64,000 nt of DNA from a virus. Of the stretch, positions 8,646 through 18,522 are shown in pieces. Position numbers and translations under genes: made by a program. The stretch spans positions 30,860 through 94,859 of the IMG/VR virus record IMGVR_UViG_3300037755_000828; one strand, 5' to 3'. Numbering within the stretch: position 1 is the first letter of the stretch; the number at the start of each line of letters is the position of its first letter. Under the pieces are notes generated by a model. That model ran no database searches, had not been told where the DNA came from, and was given only the letters and a program-made list of their open reading frames with translations.

Positions 8646-10336
8646 CAGTGCTCCCCTCGATCGCGTTTGGGCGCCGGGATCTCGATGATCTCGGCCTTGG
8701 CCCTCGTATAGGCCACGTACGCGAGATTTTCTTCTTGCTCGATCTGCCACTCCTGGGTCGCGCGGCTCGACATCAGGCGGTCGTGCTCGAGGATCACAAC
8801 GCGATCGGCCTCGAGCCCCTTCGCCCGGTGCACCGTAGACAGCGTGACCGCGGCTTCCTTGGTTGCGAAGATGCGCTCGACCGCGGCGATCAGGGCGTCC
8901 TTGGACGTGGCCCCGCTGCTGCGGTGGATGATCCGCACGCACTCGATCCGATCTCCGAGCGCGTCGACGGCCGCGTCCGCAGCCTGCTCGTCGCGTGCAC
9001 GCGCCCGCAGCTTGGCCGTTTCGGCCTCCTCGTGCGCGGTCAGTCGGTCGCCGAAGGATGCCTGCCACGCGTCCCCGGCCAGACGCTTGCTCGCGCGCTT
9101 GATGACCTTGACCAGCCCCTGGCCCATGTCTGCGCGGCCCCGCACCATCGCGCTCGTCCCCGCCGCGATCAACTCGAAGCACAGCCCAATCAGCGGGGCC
9201 GTCCGACGGCAGATCACCAGGTCTCCGCTTGCCGCGATGTCGACGTAGTCGATGCGGTCGAGCGTGCGGACCGTGCCAACAGGCGCGCCGGGCCGTGCTT
9301 CGATGTCGGGTCGCCACTCGCGAGCGCGGGCGAGGTGCGAGGTCGGGCAGCGAAAGCAGATCGGCAGCGGAAGCACTTCCGCGCGCGTCTCTCGGATGAT
9401 CGCGTCGAAGCTCTCAGCGTCAGCTCCGGCGAAACCATTGATGGCCTGCCGGCGGTCCCCGATCCACATCATCCGGCCGCCCCGGCGCACGCTGGCGATC
9501 AGAAGCCGGCGCGCCGCCGTCGAGATGTCCTGGCACTCGTCGACGAGCACGAGGTCGTATTGCTTGGGGCGCAACGCTAGCACATTGGGCAACCAGAGCA
9601 TGTCGGTGAAGTCGACCCGCCACTTGCCCGAGCTCGGCACGGTGCAGCCGCGACGAAGCGCGTTGCGGACCGCGACCACGACGAGCGGCCACATCACCGC
9701 GTCCACGTCCACGTCGTAGCGATTCGCAAGCACGTCGAGGCCGCTCTCGTAGCGATCGCTGTCGAAGTCGAGCATGAACAGCCGCGCGAGCTTGGTCAGC
9801 TCGACGCACTCGGCCACGGGGAAGCCATCGTCTGTGATCGACGCGATCTGGTCCGCGCTCACCGGCTCTCCGCAGAGCGTCAGCACTTGGCCCCGGTCGC
9901 GTCGCTCTTCGAGAGCCAGAGCCGCAGCCTCGAACATCTGCGGGTACTTCAGCTCCTTCGTGTCGACGTCGATCTCGACCGCGCCGTTCAGCCCGATTCG
10001 CGCGAAGCAGAAGAAACGCAAGCACGCGAGACCATGCCCGTGGGCTGTCGTGGCCTTCGCCCGCGTCCCCTCGAGCCGAGACGCCAGCACGTCAGCGATC
10101 TCGCGATTGAACGCCACCGCGAGAACGTCGACATCTACCAAGCGGATAGCGTCCACGGAGGTGGTCGTCTTGCCCGAGCCAGCGCATGCGTCGACGACCA
10201 CGTTGCCGGTCCCCTTCGTGGCCCAGTCGAAGATCGCAGCCTGGTAGACCGACGGGGCGTAGCTCAGGCCAAGGAGTGCCTGGTATTGCACGGGTAGAAG
10301 GCGTGCGGCGTTCATGGGTAGGTGCGAGGTGGCCAT
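8645..10336 (-). CDS. UvrD/Rep-like SF1 DNA helicase
   Basis: ACAGSGKT, VDECQD, GDRRQAINGF, TVHRAKGLE, YVAYTRA. Confidence 0.95.
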   Translation of the reverse strand: MATSHLPMNAARLLPVQYQALLGLSYAPSVYQAAIFDWATKGTGNVVVDACAGSGKTTTSVDAIRLVDVDVLAVAFNREIADVLASRLEGTRAKATTAHGHGLACLRFFCFARIGLNGAVEIDVDTKELKYPQMFEAAALALEERRDRGQVLTLCGEPVSADQIASITDDGFPVAECVELTKLARLFMLDFDSDRYESGLDVLANRYDVDVDAVMWPLVVVAVRNALRRGCTVPSSGKWRVDFTDMLWLPNVLALRPKQYDLVLVDECQDISTAARRLLIASVRRGGRMMWIGDRRQAINGFAGADAESFDAIIRETRAEVLPLPICFRCPTSHLARAREWRPDIEARPGAPVGTVRTLDRIDYVDIAASGDLVICRRTAPLIGLCFELIAAGTSAMVRGRADMGQGLVKVIKRASKRLAGDAWQASFGDRLTAHEEAETAKLRARARDEQAADAAVDALGDRIECVRIIHRSSGATSKDALIAAVERIFATKEAAVTLSTVHRAKGLEADRVVILEHDRLMSSRATQEWQIEQEENLAYVAYTRAKAEIIEIPAPKRDRGEH

Positions 10337-10345
10337 GCCTGGATT

Positions 10346-10374
10346 GATATAGTCCCCGCGGGACTATATCGCAA
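10346..10374 (-). promoter_or_regulatory. Sigma70-type promoter TTGCGA-N17-TATATC overlapped by palindromic operator TATAGTCCC-N3-GGGACTATA
   Basis: 11-bp-arm palindrome 10346-10370; the same 21-mer occurs at 31344-31364. Confidence 0.85.
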
Positions 10375-10448
10375 CAACTATTTACAAGAACCGTCGACGC
10401 TCGCGTTTTCGCAGGCGGAACACCGTGCAGCCGCAAGCAATCCGCGCG

Positions 10449-11216
10449 TCAGGTCACCATCCTCCCCGGCGACCACCAAGACGCGGGGATCGGCCGCCCG
10501 CTCCCAACCGGCTCCCCGAGCTGCAGCCCGAGCGTGTCGATCGCCCACTCGCCAAGCTCGCGCCAGATCGCCGCGTCGCAGTCGTTGCCCCTCGAGCTGT
10601 GCCCATGCCGGTGCGGCGAGAGGTAGAGCGGTCGATCATGATGCTCGCGCAGCTGCTCGACGTAGTAGCGGATCAGCGCGCGGCCGGGCTCGACTTGCTC
10701 CGCGCTGATCGTCCGGTTGCCGGCGACCTCGATCGACACCGAGCGGCGGTTGAGCTCGTGCGCGGCGTAGAGGTAGGCCGTCAGCTCGTGGCAGAGAACC
10801 ACCGTCGCATCGTCAGCGACGGCGCCGTGGGTCGGGACCCCAAGCCAGCGATCCGGGTGCAGTCCGTCAACGCCCGCGGTGTGGAGCACGACCTTGTCGA
10901 TCGAGGACCACTCGCGGACGCCTCGAGACTGGCCGCGCTGTTTGTTCCGCGGATATCCGTAGGGCTTCGCGGGGTAGACCTTCACGCGGTCCCACGCCTG
11001 GCCCTTACCGCTGGTCCTGAAGTCGCGCGAGACCGTCGTCGCAGCGTGCAGGCGCGCGAGCGGGTTGCCGTCGTGCCCGAGTTCGGGACCAGCACTCAGG
11101 TCGATGCCAGGCAGCGCGCCGGCTTCGACGGCCAGCCGCTCGGCCTCCGTCACGCGTTCTTCGGCCAGCCGCTCAGCGAGGCCAGCGGTCAGCTGCTTGA
11201 GTAGTTCTCGGATCAC
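10449..11216 (-). CDS. N-acetylmuramoyl-L-alanine amidase (Amidase_2), probable endolysin
   Basis: VVLHTA, HG, SIEVAG, HRH...DC zinc-amidase motifs. Confidence 0.8.
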   Translation of the reverse strand: MIRELLKQLTAGLAERLAEERVTEAERLAVEAGALPGIDLSAGPELGHDGNPLARLHAATTVSRDFRTSGKGQAWDRVKVYPAKPYGYPRNKQRGQSRGVREWSSIDKVVLHTAGVDGLHPDRWLGVPTHGAVADDATVVLCHELTAYLYAAHELNRRSVSIEVAGNRTISAEQVEPGRALIRYYVEQLREHHDRPLYLSPHRHGHSSRGNDCDAAIWRELGEWAIDTLGLQLGEPVGSGRPIPASWWSPGRMVT

Positions 11217-11302
11217 GGCGCGAGTGTATCAGCCGCGGCCGCCGAGCCGAGAAGGTCGAGCCGAGCGACGTCGCCCGGGTGCTCGAACTCGATCCCAGCC
11301 TA

Positions 11303-12154
11303 TCACGTAGCGACGTCGGCCTTGATCGGAGCGTGCGGGTGATAGTCGTGGATGGAGATATGCTCAGCCCGGAAGTCGTCGATCTCCTTGATGGCTGGGT
11401 CCAGCCACAAGCGAGGGCCCTTGAGGACCGGACGCTCGAGCTGCTCGGCGACGGCGACGAGATGGTTCGTGTAGAGATGCGCGTCCCCAGCGTTGATGAC
11501 GAGTCGGGCTGGGGTCAGGCCAGCCACGTGCGCGAGCATGTGCGTGAGCAGAGCGTACTGGGCAATGTTGAACGGCCCGCCGAGGAACAGGTCCCACGAG
11601 CGGATCTGCATGACGCAGATCAATCCGCCTGCGTTGTCGACGATGAACTGCGCGGCGTAGTGGCACGGTGGCAGCTTCATCTCGTCGATCTGGGCGACGT
11701 TCCACGAGCACAGCAGATTGCGCCGATCACCCGGGTTTGTGCGCAGCGTGTGGATGATCCTCGCGATCTGGTCGATCGGCTCGCCGTCACGACCTGGCCA
11801 CGCCCGCCACTGCTTGCCGTACACGGGACCGAGCTCACCGTCGACGTAGCCCATCTCCGGGCGATAGCTCGCGCGCGCCCACTCATCCCAGATCGTCACC
11901 TTGTTGGCGCGCAGATAGTCGATGTTGGTGTCGCCGCGCAGCATCCACAGCAGCTCGTGCTTGACGCTGTGGAAGTGCACGCGCTTGGTGGTCCAGAGCG
12001 GAAAGTACTGCGGGTGCAGGCGCAGGCTGAGATGCGCGCCGTAGACCGCCTTGGTGTCGATCCCGGTTCGGTTGGCCCGTCGCTCGCCCGCGAGGTCGAC
12101 GTAGGAGATGAGTGCGAGGTAGGCGTCTTCGTTATCGACGTGGATGCTGGTCAT
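11303..12154 (-). CDS. thyA: Thymidylate synthase
   Basis: RTG, ELLW, LGPVYGKQWR, LPPCH, RSWDLFLGGPFN, DAHLY. Confidence 0.98.
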   Translation of the reverse strand: MTSIHVDNEDAYLALISYVDLAGERRANRTGIDTKAVYGAHLSLRLHPQYFPLWTTKRVHFHSVKHELLWMLRGDTNIDYLRANKVTIWDEWARASYRPEMGYVDGELGPVYGKQWRAWPGRDGEPIDQIARIIHTLRTNPGDRRNLLCSWNVAQIDEMKLPPCHYAAQFIVDNAGGLICVMQIRSWDLFLGGPFNIAQYALLTHMLAHVAGLTPARLVINAGDAHLYTNHLVAVAEQLERPVLKGPRLWLDPAIKEIDDFRAEHISIHDYHPHAPIKADVAT

Positions 12155-12375
12155 GATGTCTTCTCGATCTGCTCGATGCGGCGCTGGATGTACCAGGCGG
12201 CTTTCTGTAGGTCCCTCAATTCGGCCTCACCCGGTTTCTTCCCGGCGCGCGACAAATACTTGACCGCGTTGCCGACACAGAAGTCGAGGCACCACGCCTC
12301 GATCACCTTGATCACCTCGTAGGGGTTCTCGCTGCCCCCGTAGTGGGCTGGATGGTCAACTGCTTCGTTTGGCAT
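12151..12375 (-). CDS. DUF3310 protein
   Basis: VDHPAHY...FCVGNAVKYLSRAGKK...DLQKAAWY. Confidence 0.92.
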   Translation of the reverse strand: MPNEAVDHPAHYGGSENPYEVIKVIEAWCLDFCVGNAVKYLSRAGKKPGEAELRDLQKAAWYIQRRIEQIEKTS

Positions 12376-12514
12376 GATCTACTAGACATTGGCTTTCGGT
12401 CCGGTTATGGAAAGACACGCGCTCGGGCGATGCTTCGTCGCCCACATCGAGCGCGCTTGGTCCGATACGGGAGGGGCAGAGCTGCAAGGCCGAGCCCCTC
12501 TCGTATTTGGCTAC

Positions 12515-13552
12515 TCAGTGCACCACGACCGAGTCGCTGGCGTCGAGCTCCTGGAGGCGAACCTCGACAACCTCGACAACCTCTTGCCTCGGCTCCTCTC
12601 GCAGCTGCTCGTCGTCGAGGATCCACGCCAGCACCGTCGCATCTCGACAGCCTGGCACGAGCCGGTCCAACGCGTCCATGTCGAGATCGCTCGGGCTGGT
12701 GACCAGGACCGCCGCATCGAGGTCGAGCTCGACGGCGGGCGCCTGTTGGTCTTCGCCTTTCTCGACGCGGATGTAGTCCATCAACAACGTCATCCCGAGC
12801 ACCCGGTCCTTGATTGCTTTGACGACGGGCTTCCTGGGCTTCTTCTGTAGCTCGAGCTTGGCGACGCCCAGCAGCGTCGCTGGCGAGGTTATGCGCTCGA
12901 TGCGGGTGATCAATGCCTTGCTGGCGAGCGGGCCTCGCCGGTACGATGTATCGGAGCTTCCCCCGACGGTCAGCTCCTTCGCGCGGGTTCGCGTCCGCTT
13001 CGGAGCGATCTGGAGGTAGTCGACTGGCCGTTCGTCAGGTGCGAAGTGCGGGAGGTAGATCTGCCCGTGTTTGTCGAAGAGAACCTTGAAGTTGTGCACT
13101 TCCACAGAGCTCGCGCCGTGTCGCTCGGCGACCTCGTGAAATCCGCAATGCTCGAAATCCCACGGGCGGCGGCGGAGCTTCGGTCGGCCGAGATCATCCC
13201 GCTTGATGCCGCTGTCATCCTGTAACACCATGATCTGCGTCAAGCAGTCGTCGATGACGCCCCTCTGCATCGGCGCGCTGATCTGGCCCCAGCGATCTCC
13301 GTTGAGAATCACGCGGACATCCGCGTTCCCTGCCGCGCGATCCTCCGTTGACATGATGCGGATCATCCCGAGGATGGGACGTCCGCGTGATGCGAGCGCT
13401 TCCCCGCGGGGTTCATCGTCTTCGTCGCGCGATGCGTGAGCGGAGAGTACGGCAATGTTCACGTCGTGGAGTCGCTCTCGGTGACAGTCGAGCGCGCGGA
13501 CGTCCTCGAACGCCTCCTCCATTTTGTTGCTTGGGTCTTCGAAGTTGGGCAT
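12515..13552 (-). CDS. Phage putative metallopeptidase-like domain (HExxH degenerate) with acidic C-terminal extension
   Basis: DVRVILNGDRW...VIDDCLTQ...DDLGRPKLRRRPWDFE..GFHEVAERHG. Confidence 0.65.
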   Translation of the reverse strand: MPNFEDPSNKMEEAFEDVRALDCHRERLHDVNIAVLSAHASRDEDDEPRGEALASRGRPILGMIRIMSTEDRAAGNADVRVILNGDRWGQISAPMQRGVIDDCLTQIMVLQDDSGIKRDDLGRPKLRRRPWDFEHCGFHEVAERHGASSVEVHNFKVLFDKHGQIYLPHFAPDERPVDYLQIAPKRTRTRAKELTVGGSSDTSYRRGPLASKALITRIERITSPATLLGVAKLELQKKPRKPVVKAIKDRVLGMTLLMDYIRVEKGEDQQAPAVELDLDAAVLVTSPSDLDMDALDRLVPGCRDATVLAWILDDEQLREEPRQEVVEVVEVRLQELDASDSVVVH

Positions 13553-13560
13553 TTTACCTT

Positions 13561-15708
13561 TCACGTGGGTGAAACGAGTCGATGGGTGAGCCGGGTCCAC
13601 CGCCTCGTTGACACGGTCTGGACCGCTCGCTCGATTGCGTCGCGGTGCCCGACCAGAATGCACAGCGTCTTGGCTCGCGTAATCGCTGTGTATAGAAGGT
13701 TCCGGTTCAGCATTCGGCTTTCCCGGAGAACTGGCACAATGACGGCGGGGAACTCCCCGCCCTGGCTCTTGTGGATCGTCATTGCGTAGGCGAGCCGCAG
13801 GGCTCGTACATCGTATCGCTTGTACAGCTTGTGAGCGCCATCATAATCGACGGTGAGTGTTGATTCGTCAAGTCCGACGACAGTCCCAATATCGCCGTTG
13901 AACACGTTGCGATCATAGTCGTTGCGCATCTGCATGACGCGATCGCCTTCGCAAAACCGACGCCCCCCCGCGGCCCAAAACGAGTCTGCGTCGCGCCCTC
14001 CGTGGCTCAGTTGGAGCCGCGAGTTGAACGCCTCAGTCCCCGCGGGCCCGTGGTGCGTCGGGCAGAGGATCTGAACCTGATGCACAGGGTCGAGCCCATA
14101 CGCGACAGGGATCCTCCCTACGGCCAGGTGCACGACCTTGTGATGGGCCTTCTCTGCGTTCGCCGCGGGGACGATGTAGAACTGACCTTCGTTCCCACGC
14201 TCGGGGTCATCCGAAACGATCGTCTCGCCGCGGAGCATCCGGTGCGCGTTGCTGGTGATCGACGACCCACTGGCTTGCCGAAAGATCTCCCTGAGCCGAA
14301 CCACCGCTACGTTGAGCCCGACTTGGGCAGCGTCGATCACATCCGAGAGCACATTCCCGGGCCCAACCGACGGCAGCTGTTCGACGTCGCCCACAAGCAG
14401 GATCCGGTGCTCGATCGAGAGGGCAGCGAAGAGAGCGTCGGCGAGCTCGAGGTCGAGCATGGAGACTTCGTCGACGATCACCAGGCTCGCGGGCAGCGGG
14501 TTGGATTGGTCGTAGTGGAAGCCCCCGCCGGGCAGCGGTCGAAGCATGCGATGAATCGTGCTCGCTGGCTTCCCCGTGGCCTCGGTGAGCCGCTTGGCAG
14601 CTCGGCCCGTGGGTGCGCACAGAGTGACCTCCCCTCGCGCGCGCTCGGCCATCTCCAGCACGGCCGCGATCGCAGTGCTCTTGCCCGTCCCCGGCCCGCC
14701 CGTCAGAACCGTGACCCCGGATCGTGCGACCGCAGCAAGCACGTCGTGCTGAGCGGCCGACAGATCGTGCGAGCTCGACGAATCCCACACCGCGCGGACC
14801 GGACGCGTCAGTGCGCGGATCTGGCTGGCCACGCGCCGCTCCATCTTGTCCGTGCCAGCGAGGAGCAACAGCCCCGTCTCATAGCGGAGCACCCCGCGCT
14901 CTACCAACCGCTCGACGGCTTCGTCGACGACACGACCTCGGACACGTCCGAGCAAATCCGCAGCTGCTCGCTCGAGTTCGGGGCTCGGCATGCCGCAGTG
15001 TCCATCAGCGCGCTGGTGCACCAGCGTCTGGATCACGCCCGCCTCGACTCGGTCACCATTCTCGGGGTCGAGCCCCGTCGCGCGGGCGAATTTCTCCGCG
15101 AGCTTGAACCCGAATCGCTCCACATAGATCGCCACCTTGAACGGGTGATTGTCGAGCATGTCGAGGCCCTGTTCCCCGAACTTCTCGTGGATCGACTTCG
15201 CCAGTCCTGGCGGCGCACCAACAGCGATCAATCGGTTTTTGATCTGCGCAACTGGCCCGCTCTGCCGATGATGATGATCACGGAGTTTCGCAAACGCCTT
15301 CTTGCCGAGCCCCGGAATGTGAAGAAGGTCGTCAATGCTGCTGTCCATCACCGCCCAGGTTCGCTCGCCGAATTGCTCGACGATGCGCTCCGCCGTGCGC
15401 TCGCCGACGCCCGGGTACGTAATCAGCCTCGCTATGATCTGCTCCTCCGTCGTCGGCGCGCGCAGCTCAAGCGTCTCGAACCTGAACTGGCGGCCGTGTT
15501 TCGGGTCCTCGGCCCACCGACCGCGTGCGATGAACTTGGCTCCCTTCTCTACGCCCCCAACGAGTTCGCCCACCATCGTCTCCTCGCGATCCTCGACCGT
15601 AGCGAGGATCACAGAGAACCCCGAGTGCGGATCGCGGAATCGAATTCCATTGATCTCCCCTTCGACGACATCGGCTGTCGCTGCTGCGCTGTCTTCGCGA
15701 GTGGTCAT
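13561..15708 (-). CDS. recD2: ATP-dependent RecD-like helicase
   Basis: N-terminal OB/HhH region, GGPGTGKS, APTGRAAKR, DEVSM, QLPSVGPG, TIHKSQG. Confidence 0.97.
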   Translation of the reverse strand: MTTREDSAAATADVVEGEINGIRFRDPHSGFSVILATVEDREETMVGELVGGVEKGAKFIARGRWAEDPKHGRQFRFETLELRAPTTEEQIIARLITYPGVGERTAERIVEQFGERTWAVMDSSIDDLLHIPGLGKKAFAKLRDHHHRQSGPVAQIKNRLIAVGAPPGLAKSIHEKFGEQGLDMLDNHPFKVAIYVERFGFKLAEKFARATGLDPENGDRVEAGVIQTLVHQRADGHCGMPSPELERAAADLLGRVRGRVVDEAVERLVERGVLRYETGLLLLAGTDKMERRVASQIRALTRPVRAVWDSSSSHDLSAAQHDVLAAVARSGVTVLTGGPGTGKSTAIAAVLEMAERARGEVTLCAPTGRAAKRLTEATGKPASTIHRMLRPLPGGGFHYDQSNPLPASLVIVDEVSMLDLELADALFAALSIEHRILLVGDVEQLPSVGPGNVLSDVIDAAQVGLNVAVVRLREIFRQASGSSITSNAHRMLRGETIVSDDPERGNEGQFYIVPAANAEKAHHKVVHLAVGRIPVAYGLDPVHQVQILCPTHHGPAGTEAFNSRLQLSHGGRDADSFWAAGGRRFCEGDRVMQMRNDYDRNVFNGDIGTVVGLDESTLTVDYDGAHKLYKRYDVRALRLAYAMTIHKSQGGEFPAVIVPVLRESRMLNRNLLYTAITRAKTLCILVGHRDAIERAVQTVSTRRWTRLTHRLVSPT

Positions 15709-15726
15709 GGTAGACGACGCCCATGC

Positions 15727-15752
15727 AACCGGCGCTACCGCCGACCTGTTCC
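15727..15752 (-). promoter_or_regulatory. ECF-type promoter GGAAC-N18-GTT for recD2
   Basis: Intergenic; 39 nt to ATG 15708. Confidence 0.7.
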
Positions 15753-15843
15753 CACTTGACTGATCACCGGAAGCCGACGTTGTTCCGCGTGCGTCACGAC
15801 CCGCGGAGCCTCCGCATCATTGCGCGCCAGCGGTCGCGGCTGT

Positions 15844-16248
15844 TCATGAGAATCCCAGTCGAGCGAGCAGCCGCTGCAGGCCGGCCGCGATCACGCTCTC
15901 GTCCTCATCCGGCACCTCGAACGGCGTCGAATCCCATCGGTGGCTGCCGGCCGCGAAGCGCTCGCCGACAAGGTACGGCCCGAACTCGCCAAGCTCACCG
16001 ACGAGCAGCACGGCGCGATCGTGGATCCTCGACTCGGGCGCGAGCGCGGTGCGGCTCTCGTCGTCTTCGTGCGGCCTGCACAGTTCGTCGTCCCACGCGG
16101 GATTGTGCGGAGACAGATCTGCCAGCTGTCGATCGTCGCGTTCGCGGCTGCGCAGATCCACGATCACGCGACCGAGCCAGGGGAGTCGGCCGCGATCGTC
16201 GAGATCAAGGCTCACGGGGCCAATCGGGTGGTGCCTTGCTGGCTTCAT
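15844..16248 (-). CDS. Hypothetical protein
   Basis: ATGA coupling. Confidence 0.65.
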   Translation of the reverse strand: MKPARHHPIGPVSLDLDDRGRLPWLGRVIVDLRSRERDDRQLADLSPHNPAWDDELCRPHEDDESRTALAPESRIHDRAVLLVGELGEFGPYLVGERFAAGSHRWDSTPFEVPDEDESVIAAGLQRLLARLGFS

Positions 16249-16787
16249 CGCGACTCGACCTTGGTCGGCTGCATGAGGCGAGGGAGATCGTGGAATTCGG
16301 CGATCGTGATGTAGCGGTTGCCGACGTAGTACTTGCCGGCCTGTGTCCGATGGGCGCGATAGACCGGGCGTCCGTGGTCATTGTGAACCATCGGCTCGCC
16401 CAGCAGGAACATGCGGAAGCCGCCGCGCTCAGCAGCTGGCGGTACCGCGCCGAGCGAGTCGTTGAACGCTTCCTCGGTCGAGGGCAGCCACGCGAACTCG
16501 ACCGGCTCGATCCTCAGGGCGTCGAGGTAGGCCGTGAGCGAGCGGTACAGCTCGACATCTTGCCCGTCCTGATCATCGTCGACCAGCCCGAGGGCGATCG
16601 CACGCTGACCGAGCGCCACCGCGAACGCGTCACGGTCATCGTTCGGCCACCAGTTCTGCGGGCCCGCGTCGCCGCGCAGGTGAGCGACCAGCACCGCGCC
16701 GTCGGGTCCGTCGAGAAGCTCAGGCGCGGGGTCGGCTTCGACCGCGGCGGTGCGCGGGTGCATCGGGACCTTGGTCGTGGTGGTCAT
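16245..16787 (-). CDS. Hypothetical protein
   Basis: Start 30 nt from ECF -35. Confidence 0.7.
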   Translation of the reverse strand: MTTTTKVPMHPRTAAVEADPAPELLDGPDGAVLVAHLRGDAGPQNWWPNDDRDAFAVALGQRAIALGLVDDDQDGQDVELYRSLTAYLDALRIEPVEFAWLPSTEEAFNDSLGAVPPAAERGGFRMFLLGEPMVHNDHGRPVYRAHRTQAGKYYVGNRYITIAEFHDLPRLMQPTKVESR

Positions 16788-16796
16788 GGTCGGCAG

Positions 16797-16822
16797 GACA
16801 ACCGGTAACCCTGTGGCATTCC
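16797..16822 (-). promoter_or_regulatory. ECF-type promoter GGAAT-N18-GTC
   Basis: 30 nt to ATG 16787. Confidence 0.8.
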
Positions 16823-16854
16823 CTGCCGCAATTGGCCGCGTTCCAGACCCTCGC

Positions 16855-17487
16855 CTAGCGATACGCCTTGCGCAGCAGATAGGCCTCGCGAACGCCTGGC
16901 GGCAGCGGACTGACGAGCGCGCGCATCATCCGACGCGCACCGTGATACCACAGTCGCGAAGGTCCAGACATGATGACCGCGTCTCCGCCGGAGACGATCG
17001 TCTTGTCGGGCTTGAAGTCGCGCTCGAGACCCCCGATCAGAAACTCGCAGTCGGCCCCGACGCTGAGCGTGGTGAGTGCCGCGTCGAGGTCGACCTCCTG
17101 AATGTCGACGTGCAGGCCGAGGCTCTCTCCGTCGGCGTAGCGGTTGAGCAGCATCGTGTCGAAGTCGACCGGGCGGAGGCCTGCCTCGGTGAGCGCTCGC
17201 AGTCCGAGCTCGCGGGCGAGCGGCGGGATCGGAGGCAGGCCTCCGAGCGTGGTCGGGTGCAGCCGCGTGTAGTGGTAGCCGCGCGCAGGACTGGAGAAGA
17301 ACAGGCCCGAGCCCGCAGCTGTGACCGAGCAGCGAAACGGCGTGCCGTCCGGCATGCGGGGCACGACGAACGGCGCCATGGCTGCGACGCGCTCGCCTTC
17401 GCGTACGAGCTCCTGCTGCTCCGCCCAGTTGAATAGGCCGCGCAGGATGTAGAAGCCTCCGTCACGCCAGCGGCTGGGGTCGGACAT
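16855..17487 (-). CDS. alkB: AlkB-family 2OG-Fe(II) dioxygenase
   Basis: LLNRY...LGLHVD, LSVG, SRLWYHG, R.....R; start ambiguous within the GTGATG repeat. Confidence 0.9.
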   Translation of the reverse strand: MSDPSRWRDGGFYILRGLFNWAEQQELVREGERVAAMAPFVVPRMPDGTPFRCSVTAAGSGLFFSSPARGYHYTRLHPTTLGGLPPIPPLARELGLRALTEAGLRPVDFDTMLLNRYADGESLGLHVDIQEVDLDAALTTLSVGADCEFLIGGLERDFKPDKTIVSGGDAVIMSGPSRLWYHGARRMMRALVSPLPPGVREAYLLRKAYR

Positions 17488-18514
17488 CACCATCACCATC
17501 ACCATCACCGCCCGAGGCCTCGAGCAGCTGTGACCAGTCCCCTACCCTGATCTGGGCGTGAAGATCCCGCAACGCGGCGTCGTGGTCGAGCGTGAAGTCA
17601 TCGCCTGACTCGATACCGAGAAACGTGAGCAGCCGCTCAGGATGCACATCAAATCGTCCAAACGCCTCGCAAGCGATGGCCCATGGAGCCTGTTCGCCGT
17701 GGTCCTTGATGGACTCTGATTGGACGATCGAGATTCCGGTGCCATCAGCCTCGGCGGCGAGCGCCCTGTGTAACTCGGCCAGCTTGCTGTGCCGCGGGAG
17801 CAACTTGCACACGCGGGTCAACGCCGTCTTGATCGACATCGCTTGCGGGTGATCGCGCCACGGGATCGACGGATTCCCTTTTTGGTCTAGATTCATCGCT
17901 CGCGCACGAGCAAGGTCCGCGTAGGTCAGGTACACGAAGACCGGGCGCGTCGACCCCTTCAGGTAAACATTCGCATACGCGACGACGATGTCGTCAAAGT
18001 TGTTGGTCCGCGACTCACCCTCGACATCTGGTTCGTGTTCGATGCGAGCATTGGTCCCGCCGTAGATCTTGTAGACCTCGTCGCGGTAGATAACGTCTGC
18101 GAAGACGTTGTCCACCATGTCACTTCGGAACATCAGTGCGAGTACGCCCTGATAGCCTCGCTGGCACTGTACCACATTGGCTCGGAGGTTCTTGTCCCAA
18201 CGCGGAATGAGGTACGCCTCGCCGAGCGCCGGGTTGATCGAAAGGCCCATCGTGATCGCGTGCCGCAACGACTGCATCAGCGAGTCGCGGTTGGCCTCGA
18301 GGAGTTTAGGGCTCAACCCGACCACGTGTGCGACCTCAGCGAGCCAAGACGTGAACGTCTGCGAGTCCTCGGGCACACCAAGCAAGCCGGCGAATGTCTT
18401 CCGCTGATCGAAGAGATCGCGTTTCAGCGTCTTGACCAACACTTCGCCGCTTGGCTTCACTGCGTTGGTCTTGTTTGTTGCTAAGAGATTGGGATTTGAT
18501 GATTTCTTGTTCAT
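17462..18514 (-). CDS. recT: RecT-family single-strand annealing protein
   Basis: GLSINPALGEAYLIP, GYQG, PW...QAMSIKT. Confidence 0.93.
   Translation of the reverse strand: MNKKSSNPNLLATNKTNAVKPSGEVLVKTLKRDLFDQRKTFAGLLGVPEDSQTFTSWLAEVAHVVGLSPKLLEANRDSLMQSLRHAITMGLSINPALGEAYLIPRWDKNLRANVVQCQRGYQGVLALMFRSDMVDNVFADVIYRDEVYKIYGGTNARIEHEPDVEGESRTNNFDDIVVAYANVYLKGSTRPVFVYLTYADLARARAMNLDQKGNPSIPWRDHPQAMSIKTALTRVCKLLPRHSKLAELHRALAAEADGTGISIVQSESIKDHGEQAPWAIACEAFGRFDVHPERLLTFLGIESGDDFTLDHDAALRDLHAQIRVGDWSQLLEASGGDGDGDGDVRPQPLA
17485..17508 (-). repeat. (GTGATG)x4 at recT/alkB overlap
   Basis: CATCAC x4 on + strand. Confidence 0.9.
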
Positions 18515-18522
18515 TGTCTATC

